NCBI GenBank assembly: GCA_030698625.1
Contig: JAUYMS010000042.1
Location: forward strand, 92,150 to 156,149
Length of the DNA: 64,000 bases
DNA from: Candidatus Omnitrophota bacterium
GTDB lineage: Bacteria; Omnitrophota; Omnitrophia; Omnitrophales; Aquincolibacteriaceae
Reading direction: 5' to 3'
Below, one piece after another: positions 39,101-51,100 of this stretch. The translations under genes were made by a program, and so were the position numbers. The notes under the pieces were generated by a model. The model did no database searches and was not told the origin of the DNA. It was given only the letters and a program-made list of their open reading frames with translations. The stretch's first letter is position 1. Each line of letters opens with the position of its first letter.

Positions 39101-42100
39101 AAAGTTAAAATTTCCCGCTCGATTGTCACGAACCCATTCAACGATCCCCGGATTGATATCCGTATAGACAACGTCGGCCCCGCGGCGGCTGAGCTCCGCG
39201 GCCCAGTCGCCGAGATAACCGGCGATTGTAAGAACCTTGTCCCCCTCCTTGATGCCCAACGTGTCGAGCAACGTCTCATCGTCCGGCACCGTCGATTGAT
39301 GCGGGTTGCTGCCGAGCAAGTGTTCATGGAAAGTCCCGATGTTACGTTCCGCGAGCATCTTCTTAATGTCAGGAACGACATAGTCTGATCGCAGCTCGGA
39401 CCGCTCGGAATCGTCAGGGGTCTCGCCGCTCGGTTCCTGCCTTTTCTTTACTTCGCTTTCAGGCACGAGCTCCTCTGTCGTATCGTCAAAAACCAGTTCC
39501 TCAAATTCTTCGACAACTTCGTGCTCTACCGCAGGTGCCGGTTCCCTTGAATCAGCCTTTTCAATTTCGGTTGTCGGTAAGAATGCCTTTGTGCTCTTCG
39601 CGGTCTTCTTCTTCTTTTTCTTGGACTTAGGCTTTGGCCGCTCCGTCTGCACATTACCCGTAAAACTTGTTCCACCCTTCCAGACAACGCCTTCAAATAG
39701 CGGCGGGTATTTCAGGACCTGCGCAATAATGCCCCATGTCTCAGGCGATGGGATGGCCCCTTTTTCCCATTGCGCCACGGTTGGCCCCATTTCCTTAATG
39801 CGTTCTTCATCTTGTATAGGAACACCATGTCTGTCGGTAAAGACAAAGCCGGCTTCTCGGAGCGTATAAACCATATCGAGCTGCGTCATTCCGAGGCGAA
39901 CTCTCAGATCATAGATCCTTTCCGATAACGGAAGGTCGCGGAGCGCTTCATCGAGGTCCTCGATTCCCGTAATAAACGCGATCGGGTCCACGAGCAGCGC
40001 CTCGCCCAGCTTTAAGACAGTGCCCGATTTTGTGGGCAAGGCGTCGCGACGCTCCACCGGAGAATAAGTGTTGCTCGGTATGCCAGCCGCACTCGCGGTT
40101 TCTCCCTTCTTCTTTCCCCGCGCCTCCCGAATCAGTTCTATTCTTTTGCCGATAATCATTCCCGGTTCCTGCATGGTTTCACTGAGGCCCTCCGGCAAGG
40201 GTTGCGGTTTATAAGGAAGCGGCATGACAATAAACCTCTCCCATAGCGCCCTCAGAATCTCTGCGGCAAGTTTTCCAACTCCGGTGTCGGTACGTGCATG
40301 TTGAGGAAGGTCCTCGGTGATAACGAATCTGACACGTGCGATATTGGCAAGCGTAGGTTCGAATTCAGAAAGTCCCGCGACAATGATCTTGAGCGTTGCA
40401 ATACGCTGAGCATCGAACGCTTTGGCGAGTGAGTCTAGGAGCCCTCTCGTCTCCGGCCAAAAGGCCTCTTCAATAAGCGCTTGTGCCGAATCCGGCAAGG
40501 CCTCTCTGAGGTTGGCAAGCAGTCCTGAAAACTCGTCGGGGTCATTAGCCGCTATGGCTCGTTTCAGGGCACCCGGCCAATCCTCGGCCCGAAGCTCAGA
40601 ACGCTCTCGAATGATTTTTTTTGCATAAATTTCGGCTGCGTCCACAAGTGCAGACAGAAAGAGTCCATCCGCGAGATCGAGCCCTCGCGCCACAAAGAAA
40701 TCCACAAAGACCTTAGGCACCCCCCTATCTATAAGGTCTTTTGGCTGCGGAGCAACAAGCTCACTTTCCGAACCGATAAATTCCGAGCCTCTATAGAAGC
40801 GCATCAGCCTGCCGATTAGCTTCTTGGAGAACCGCTTTTCATGCGTCAGGTAGTGCGCAAGGGCTTCAGCTTCGCGCAGGTTTGCGGCGTCGGAATACAT
40901 GAGCTTCGCCTGAGAAGTATCGGGAAGAAAACCAAAGCTATGAACGGACTTCTTTGCCCGTTCGATGCGTCGCGGCGCCTTGAGATCAATGCTTGAACCC
41001 TCTCTATGTAAGCGGCCGTAATAGGCTTCATCAAAATCGAGTAGTTGCTTCTTGGCCTTGGCTTCCCGAATGGATTCCTCAAAACGTTGAAAAAGGATTT
41101 CTTCCTCCAAATACTCCAACGTTTCTCCAAGATTGTCCTCATCCACGATGCGGAAGAGCTGCATATCTTTTGGCGCTATGAATTGCAATCCGTCTTCGCG
41201 GCGGAGCAGCCGTGTCTCAAACTCCTTAAGGTAAGGCTCCCAAAATGAACGCCCGACTAGGAGAATCGGCCGCTTGGTCACTTTAGCCGTCTGCATGAGT
41301 TGAACGATGTCGAAAAGCCGGTTGAAAGTCCCCACCGCACCCGGCAGAAAGACATACGCGTAAGCATTGTAGGTCATCAAAAGTTGATGGTTGGATTCGT
41401 CATCGACAATAATGTGCCGATCGCCGAAAAATTCTTTGTCCGCAGCTAAAAATTCTCTCAATTGGTGATTCTCGGAGGCATCGTGCAGGACAGCTTGAAA
41501 CTTGTCAGACCAGCCTTGTTGCTTGGAGCGGTCCCTCAGACGATTATAGAGACGGCCCGTACTGGCACCCCGTATGAATACTTCGTCGAGCTCGGAAACA
41601 TAACTAGCAATCTTTTCCGCGATATTCAGTTTTCCATTTTCCCGATGAGGCCGGCCCGCCATCATCACAACCCGCTTCTGCCGGCTTAAGGTTTGAAGAC
41701 CTTGCTTGATCTCTTCATTGATCTTTTCGACCTCGCGCTGCGTGGTCCGATGAGGCGGATTCGTTTTTGCTTCCGCCAAAATAAAATTAACCGCCTCTTC
41801 GGGGTCGTCCGTAATCAGCGGAGGATCGGACCGGTAACCCAGCTGCTCGGAGATACCTTCTCTTTCGATCGTCGCAAAGAATTCGTCCATGAGCGGCTGC
41901 CAAAAATCCTTCCCGAGAAGGGCCACGGGACGCCGGCGACGCCAAAATTCGAAGAGTTCATCATGGGTCCCAACTCCGCCGGGAAGAAAGATGGACCCCA
42001 GGATATTTTCATGCAGGGCGATCTTGCGAGTCACAAAGCGTTCATAGCTCTTTACGATTTGGGTGTAAGGATTCGTGGTCTGTTCCCAGGGCAGAAGAAT

Positions 42101-45100
42101 ACGAATCCCCTGTGTCGGCAAGGTCCTGTACTTGACGTAAAGAATAAGCGCCGGAATCAAGAGGACAAACAACGTTGCCGGAATAAGGCTTGGGACCATC
42201 CATCCGAAGACGGAAATAAAAGACGGGCTCAGAATAAATAGGACGATCCCGGTCATCACATTAAATAAGCTGGTAAAGAATAGAGTCATTTCATAAAGCT
42301 TCTTGGCTTGCAGATAGCCGAGCATCGGTGCTTCCATCTCGCCCGGCCCCGCGCCTGTGCGCGGCGGTATCCCTTTTTTGTAGAGCATCTTCCCCAGTTT
42401 TACCCCAAGCTTGTAGTACGGATGATCCGGCGGTACCCTCGCGCCTCCGAGCACCGCAATAGCCGGTGTCCACTTATTGACTACCTCGAGGATAGTCTCT
42501 CGCTCCGGGATAACATCTTCGATAAGTGCCCGCAGGGATCGAAGCCGGTAGACGGGCCCATCATAGCCATCACTAAGATCCGATAAATCGGGGCTCCGAA
42601 GCTCCGAGCGAACAAGGCTCGCAAACTCGATTAACTGCGAAACCCAGTCGGGTCCGAGCTCCGCCTCAAGCCACTCGGCGGTACGGGGCAGCGCCTGGGG
42701 TACGGTCTCTAAGCCTCGCATCAGCGTAAACGTTTCCGATGCGGCACCTGGTTTATAAACAAAGGCATCCAGAAAATTGCCGAAGTCCGCCATCCGGGCC
42801 ATCCGGTTCAAAGCCTTAAAATTCTTGGCAACATAAACCCATTTCATGGGGATTTCTATGCCCGAACTTTCGATATGGAAAATGATGGCGGATAAGCTCC
42901 CGCCGATATCCTTCCTGCGATAGCGGTTGATAATCTCGTGTTTCAGCGTCGCCGCCTTGGCCGGCTGCTCGCCGCCGAGGAGATGGGTAATCACCTGATT
43001 GTATGCCGCATCCGAATTCTCGAGAAGCGGGTTCAAAATGACCGAGCGGATAAGTTCGCGATCAATATCGTCAAGGACCTGCAGGTTTTTCCGATCGAGG
43101 TAGGCGATCCAATCCCCTTCCATCTGCAGGAACTGACCCGGGTGAATATCGGAGTGAACGATACCCGTTTCAAAAAGCTGGTAAAAGAAGTTTTGCACCA
43201 GCACGGATACAACCCCTTTGGCCGAGGCCTGGTCTGCGGCTGTCACAGTTGTCTCTCCTTTTGATACTTTGGTCAGGAACTCATTAAACGAGGTTCCGTG
43301 CACGAATTTTTCCCGCCGCAAAAGCGCGGTATGAGTTTCCTGCACTCCGGGGACGAACAGTTTCTGAGGCAGGCCGTTGGCCGGACGAAACTTATCTGCT
43401 CTCTGAGAATCATGGTGTGTCTGCGCCGAGAACTCTTTGTTCTTCGCATGATAATCAGGATCATCGATTTCAGACTCGACACGCGTTTTGGCCTTATCGA
43501 GAAGGATCTTCAGAAACTCATAGAACTTGACCTCCTCGGCGCCTCTCTTTTTGCCGCGTTTGATGAGCCCGTCCAGGAGTTGATGCCCGAACTGGTGGAG
43601 TTCACCGGCGCGATACGCGGCATTCGGGTTCGTAATCCCGTCCGCCCATTCGTTGCCGTCTTCATCGACATTTCGAAACACGGTCACGATGGAACCGCCG
43701 CCCACGTATTCTCCCCATTCCATAATCCCTTTGAATAGAGGCGCATACTTGGGGTTCTTCTTCGCTTCTTCTTCGAGTATCATGTAGGCCTGCAGTTTAT
43801 TCATACCGCGCACGGCATCGAAGACATCGGCGATCTTTTCTTGATCATCATTCGAAAGTTCGAAATACATCCCGGCAAGCTGCAAGAGCGTAACCGCAAG
43901 GGACCCGGCGTGTTTAGACACCTCGACGGCGAGTTCGATCGGACTCACTTTTTCGCTGAAAGACTTGCGTTCCGTGACGAGATTCATATCCGCCATCTTC
44001 TCCATGGCGGCGTCCTCAAAGTGCACATAGGGAACGTCCCGGGGGAAAAAGACATTGAGCCCGACACCGTCTTCGGTTCGTCTGAGCTGTCCGCGCACTC
44101 CCGTAATAAAGGTTCGAATGCGGGTACGGATAAGGCGGTGGGTTTCCGGAAATTGGGCTTCGTCGGCAATATGCTCAAACCCCTTGGTTTCCAGATGCTT
44201 GACATAATCCCGAAACAGCATGTCTTCGATTCCGTCATTGGGATAGCGGTCCTTCGGAACCTGCAGCGAGACCTGTGAGAGTGCCGGACCCAGGAAATAA
44301 AAGATGTCCTGTGCATCCATGTCCGTGGCGATGGTCTCGGTAATGTCGTTGGCCACCTGCCGGGCCTTCTTCGCTTTGCCGACCTCCACATACTGGTTGA
44401 TGAAGTGCTGCACTAGGGAGCGCTTTGCCTTCTTGGAATAAAGGAGTGCGTTTTCGCCGTCCAGCATAATGGAACGAATCATGAGGTAGATCACGACCGT
44501 GTCCAACCGGTAGAGCGCCGGGTAAAATTCATCGAAGAAGATCATGCTCAGGTAGCGAATGTCGCGGATCATGTCGGCCGCCTCGAAATTTGCGCTGTCC
44601 AAGCGTGACGCATTTTCTTCCGCCTCTTCTTGCTCTTTCGAATCGGCCCTGCCTAAGGTCGGTGTACGGGCTTTTAATTCCCCGTAGTAAGCGAGATGAG
44701 CAACGCTCTCGATATTGCTCAATTCCATGGTCTCACTGGTGAAGGCCCGCCACCATTTGCGGGCCATATATTTCTTAAAGCCTTCGTCACTCTGGCGCGT
44801 GGAGATGGCCTCTAAAAAGAAAGGAAGGCGATCTCCCGGTTTGATAAACCGCACGAGCGTGTGGGCAATTTCGAGAAGCATCACATCACTGCCGGTCTCC
44901 AAAAGACGGTCTACCTGTTCCCAAAACCATTTCTTCATGACTTCCATGTCTTCATGGGACTTGGTTTTCTCCTCGGATAAGACATAAAGCCCTTCACGCA
45001 AGATGGTGCGCGGCAGATAGCTGTACTTTTGCAGGTAGGCAGCGGCCTCGTCGAAGTCCTTGGAACGCTTGATCATCTCCCGGAAGGCAATCGTCGCCAG

Positions 45101-48100
45101 GCTCATCGCCGAAAAGCTCTCCTGAGAGAGCAACGACACGGCCAGGAGGCCCTCGAAGTCTTCCGGCGTCTGGGGATAGTCTTTTTTCTGCCGCAGTTGT
45201 GCCATAAGGCTCGTGGAAATCCGGCGCCAATCCTTTTCGTATTCCAGCCGGGGCATGTTGACAAAGGCAATGCCCCATTGGTTGACCACGCGGATGGCCT
45301 CGACAAGCATAGCCTCCGTTTCCCCCTGCTCCGACAGGTGAGCCATGCGGCTCAGCGTCTTCTGCTTAACGCCTTTCAAAACTGAGCTGAGCCGCGAGCG
45401 CTCTTCAAGACCGATTGTCCAAGATTCTCCGATTTGGGCCCGATTTCTTCTTGCGATGGCGTCCTCGAGCCAAGCCATCAACTCGTCGACTTGGTTTAAG
45501 ACCCCCGTTTTTTCGGTCGACAGCCTGCGATTCAGCGTCGATACAAACTCGCGGCGAAAGGGCTGCCTGAAGAGATCAAGCAAAATAACCTTCTTCATTT
45601 CCGGCATGTAAAACTGGCGCCATTTGTCGTTTTTCCTAGCGGAGAATCGAATGGACCAATGGTTTTTAGCCTCCAGATACCCATAAAGAAACTCTGAGAG
45701 TTCTCTCATTCTTTTTTCCCGGTCCGTCGTCGGATCTAAGCTCCCATACCAATCAAGCAACGCCTGCCGCAGATCATCGGCACTCATGGCGTTGACCTCT
45801 TCCATGATCTTCTCAAAGCGGCTGGAAAATTCGGTCGTTGCCTCTTGCGCAAACAGTCCCCAATCAAACGTCACACCGCCCTGACCGGGACGGCGCCTTG
45901 AGCGTTCACGGAGCTGCGCCATTCTTTCACCCGCATCACCGGCAAGCCGCGTCACATTAGCGCCCAGAGCAAGAATCATGTCCGCTCTCTCCATGACCGT
46001 AAGCTCTCTGCGGTCCAACTGCGAGACCATGTGCTGCGTCGTCGCATTCATGAGAATGCGCATATTGGAGCGAAGCTTTTGCACTTCCTTGTCGTCCACT
46101 TCGTAGTTGATTTGGGCCGACATAATTTTGCGGACATCAAGACTTATCAAAATGCGCTCCATGAATCGTTCGGCATCAATTAAGTTCACACTCATTTCGG
46201 TCATGAAAGTCTTAATCTCATTTGTATCTACGGCGTCAAACGGGATCTCGTCCTGGAACATAACCATCCGCTCAATCTTCGGGGTGTCCGACCACCGTGT
46301 CATGACTTCGACATCGCCGATTTGATAAGCGGCCTTCCCGTGAATCAGCTGCGTCCGCACATAAACACCCATCAGGCGGGTATCCCACGAAATAAGGAAC
46401 TCCCGGGCATCGCCGAAGCGCTGCTCATAGGCCTCCGCGGCCTTCTGGCGCAGCTTTGCGAGAGCCGGGAATGCCTCCTTGAACTCTTCGTATTTTTTTC
46501 CGTCCATGGCGGAACGCATCGCCTGCTCGCTTAAGCCAAGCAATTCCTCCGGAGCGAGCGGCAACCCTATGCGTTCAAAGATCCGGGCTTCCATCATCCT
46601 CGCAACGCGCTCCGGAGTAAAATATTCGACGAATTCTTCGCGGGTTACTTCGTAGACCTCGTCATCGCCGGGAAACAGGAACCCTTCCGAGCGATGCAGG
46701 ACAATGTCATGCAGCATCAACAGCAGCACGTTCTCACCCTCCTCATCAAATCCCAGGTTCTGGTTGCGCAGAAATGTCAGCACCGCCTCTGTCCATTGAT
46801 CACGGGACAAGTGCCGCACCAAATGTCCAAACTGGTTCCAGAACCGCGCCGGCTCAGCCTTCACAAGATCTTCCACAAATCCTTCGGGAATTTCGCTGGG
46901 GATCGTATCGTCGATCCGGAGGGCATCCCAATCAATGGGATGAACATCATGGCTCAATTTGTCTAGATGAATGAAGCGGACGAACTCGCGCAGGTTGGAG
47001 TAGCGCATCTCCATGGAACCGTGCACCGGATCAAGACCGACAGCTCCTGTCGGCATAGCCTCGTCACCTTTTGCTTGCTCTTCTGCACTTTTCTGTGCAA
47101 CGCGCGCACTCCATTTTCGTTTGAACGTAAGCGCCCCGATCGGATTCACTCCCCTCTGATTGAGCTCCCACAACATCGCCAAGTCGGCTTCAAATTCATT
47201 AAGCCTCCAGATACCGAAGCCATAAATGTCAAAGGGGTCGAGATCCCCGCGTTTAAACCTATGCGACCTCTCGATGTGCCTGAGTTCATGCATGAGAACA
47301 GCCAACACTTCCTCCTCGGTATCAAGAATCTTTAACATGCCCGTCGTGATATAGATCTGACCGGCAGCGGAGGCAAAGGCGTTCTCCTCTTTGTCATCGA
47401 TAACGGCAACACGTGCCTCGTGCGTACGGATAAGCCGCTGCAACAACCCGTTGAGGAATACGCTCGTTGGATGGTTTTCCATGAGAATATTCTTCTCAAA
47501 AAGGGTCCGTTGGACGGCGATCGACTGCGCCTCAAAAAAGCGGTCACGGAAAGTCACGGCACGAAGTTCCGAGCGCTGTCCGGTTTCGACGCGCCGTAGC
47601 TCTTCGAGTTGTTCGCGTAGCCCTTCCTCTAAGCGGCGGAAGCGGTGCGGCCCCCGTGCTCCGAGCAGTGCCAGCGCCCGGCGATTGTCGAAAACCGGCG
47701 GATTCATCACCTTTGAGGGCGGGTCTACTGATAGGCGGCTCGTTTCTTCTTCTGAGAGTACGCGCAACATCTTCACCGCCCGCAACACATCTGCCGGGGC
47801 ATAGTTGTAACCGCTGGCAATATTAATGATGTCGTGTTCGCCTCGAATAATTTTTGGGAGCTGAGAAATTTCTTCCAGAACCGCCACTGCATCCGACAAA
47901 TGCACGTAATCTCTTGTATACCCGGCAAAACGCCCTTGATACCCCTTAAAAATCGGGCGAATCGCTTCCGGAATAGGATGGTTCGAAGACGTATCTTTCT
48001 TGCCGAAGAAGCTGGTGGGTCTCACAATAACAACGTTGTCACGCTTTTCGAGCAGCCGCTCACCTATCATCTTTGCGAGTTTGTAAGGATAAACTTCAGC

Positions 48101-51100
48101 CGGAATGGGATGGCTGCGTATAAATTGTTCAAGCCACTTCACGAGGGTTTCATGCAAATCATCATCTGCGTCAAACTCTTCCTGCCGCGCTTCATATTCG
48201 GCGATGACTTGATTGATCCAGTCGTTGACCTCCTTAGGAGGAACGGGGATCATGCTTTCGTCGAGAACGGCTGTAATCTGCCCGCCCGTCCAATAGACCA
48301 CCTGACTTGAGATAAAGACAACGCGTGATTTTTCCGTTCTGCCTGCACGATCGCGCAAGCGCACCACACGATCCGCACTGAAGCCGTTAACCGCTATCAC
48401 AACGGCCTCGTCTTCGGCGCGTTGCGCGGTCTTTTCCGTCATGGCGCCCGCCAGATAGACGATGTCATTGTCCTCCGTCAGCCTTGACAGAGACGCATTG
48501 GATAAAAGATCGCCGTCGACGCGCTTCAGATTCTCATGCTCCGGCAGGTTCTCAGCCCGCGGGGAGTCCGTTCGGACCAGGACTTGCACGTCATGTCCTT
48601 CGGCCAAGAAATGTTTCACTAAGCCGTTCCCGAGAACGCCCGTACCCCCAGTGACCAACATTTTTCTGGGTATCTTCTCGGTAACTACCACTTGGATCTC
48701 CGCGCCAAGCTGGATGCGCGAACCCAAAAGCGCAGCTGCGGCCGCCCCATGCCATGAGTCGCTTATGTTACTCGATGGAATCTTTCCGGACAGATCCTCA
48801 ATGGCCACCTGCGGAGCCTCATTTGTAAGATAGTCCTGAATACCGGCGCTGACGGCGTCGTGTACAAGATCCCGGCTAATCCACCCGGCGCGGTGAACCG
48901 TTAATTTATCTTCGTCGTAAACACGTGCGATTTCCGCATATAAACTTCCGAGACCCCGCCCCATTTCGACAAAAATTTGCCTCGTATAATCACGAACCGC
49001 CTCGGAGGGATTCTCCAGCAACTCTTCAAGCTGACGGATGATTCGCGGCACATCCGCGGCAGTTTTCATCTCCTGAATGTTCTTGCGGATACGCTCCGGT
49101 AAGGGATTAGCGCCACTCTCGGCGGCCAGCCTTTTTTGCAGGGATTCGATCATCCCGATCGGCGATGAAACCGTATAAAGGTCACCCTGCAAACCGCAGC
49201 GGCAGAAGTCGGAATCGCCGGAAAAGTCATATTTCAAATGTGCTTCCAGCGGTGAGGCGATCAACTCCCCGTCGTTGAGAATGGACAACCCCAGCCCCGT
49301 ACGGAAGGTTGTCTGAACAAACAAACCATGCGCAATGTCGCGGCCCTGATAGAGCCCGGCTAGATTGGCGGAGTTTTCAAAAGTCAGGTGCGGATATTCG
49401 CTTTTCAATTCTTCGAGGGATTCCTGGGCATCCGGATGATCCCGCCCAAGTTGGGGAAGGTCTAAAATGATGCCTTCCGGATGAACCAGTCCCGGCACAC
49501 CTACCGTAATCGCCATCGACTGGAGTTCACGATCAGAAATTCCGATATGACGGGCTGTATCAAGAAGTACGGTGCGAACGCCTTCTCCGATTCGGCCTTC
49601 CAACCGTCTTACGGAAATTTCCTGAGTGTAGATCGGTTCTTCGCCGTCAAAAGCCAGCACGCGAATGCTATCGGCGCTAAGGTCGACACCGATCGCGATG
49701 CCATCCTTCGACCGTGACGGCTTTTTAGGTTTGTAATCATATCCCTCCGTTCCCTGTACGGCATCGGCCCCCCAAGCCACGGGCTGACTGAAATTGGCGT
49801 GATAGGCCGGCGTTTGGTAGACGCTTTCAAAATGCGTCCTGATGGCAGTCCTTAAACTATCTTCCGAAATATCGAGATCACCGCTCAATTCAACGTCCAC
49901 CGCACGCATGCCCCGCAATTCTGCCTGATACGCCAATAAACCGCCAAAATAATCCAGAAGCTCCTGATTAGCATCCGTGAAAAGACGCCGAGGAACCACG
50001 ACTTCCTCCTGCCCCAAGCTGCCCTGCGTATGGCGAATGGTCAGACGCACGGTGATGAGATCCTTACGGGCCATAGACAACCCGAGATGCGCAATTGCTT
50101 GATGTTTCTTGCCTATCGTCTTGGCCCCGCGAAATCGGCTTAGCGACTTTTCATACTCATGCACGAGAAAAATATCACGGCGCCGGACAAATTCGTCGGT
50201 TTGAAGATTGAGCCTACGCTTGACTTCGGCGAAAGGTAAATTTTCACTTTGAACCTCGTGAGTAAAGGAAGCGATACGAAGCTTCAAGAGCGGTGTCAGC
50301 GCCGGAGCGAGTCCCCGCCTCCTGTCCGGATGCGAGTCACGATAGGCTTCGAGAAACAGAAACACGACTTCTGCCCATTCCCGGGCTGAAAAACGCCCCG
50401 CGCTTTCAAAGGAAGACCCCTCCGCAGCCAGGGCAGAGAGTTTTTGGAAGGTTGCCGCCGGCACAAGGCCCTCGTAGGTCTCCCTTTCTTGGGGAAATTC
50501 GAAACGGAAATTCTCCAGGAAGCGTTCCGGCTCAATGTTGATAAATTCTTCGGTCCGGATCCCTTCGATGTCATGACGGACAACCTCCGTCAACTCGTCT
50601 TGATCGGCCAGCCACGGCTGACGCAGCGTAAAATCAAAGAAAGCTTGCACATAATTGGGGAAACGGTTGTACGGATGCGGCACCCAATCGTGCTCCTTGA
50701 CCTTGATGTTGATTCCCTGCATCTGCTTGCCGAGTTTCGTCGCTTTGGGAATAAAAAAGAACTCTGGAAAGGCATAACTCCAAATGGAGTAATCATCGAG
50801 CAGGGCATCGAGGAGCGCGCCTTGGCGTATTCCATACTCCCCTTCAGCTTCGAGCAGTCGCTTCCCGACCCAAGCACTAAAAAACGGCGTCACGAAATGG
50901 TCCTTCAAAGAGCGGTCGTCATCTTCGTACTTGCGCGCGCTGTAACTTGACACCGTGAGGTCCTTGTCTTGATAGAGCGGCTCCAGGAACGCAGGGATCC
51001 ACTCAGGGGTCGTATTGCGAATATCATCATCCAGAATCAGGAAAACGCCGGGCCGGTCGGCCTCTTTCGGAAACAGTATCCGTGCCATCAGTAGCCCCGC

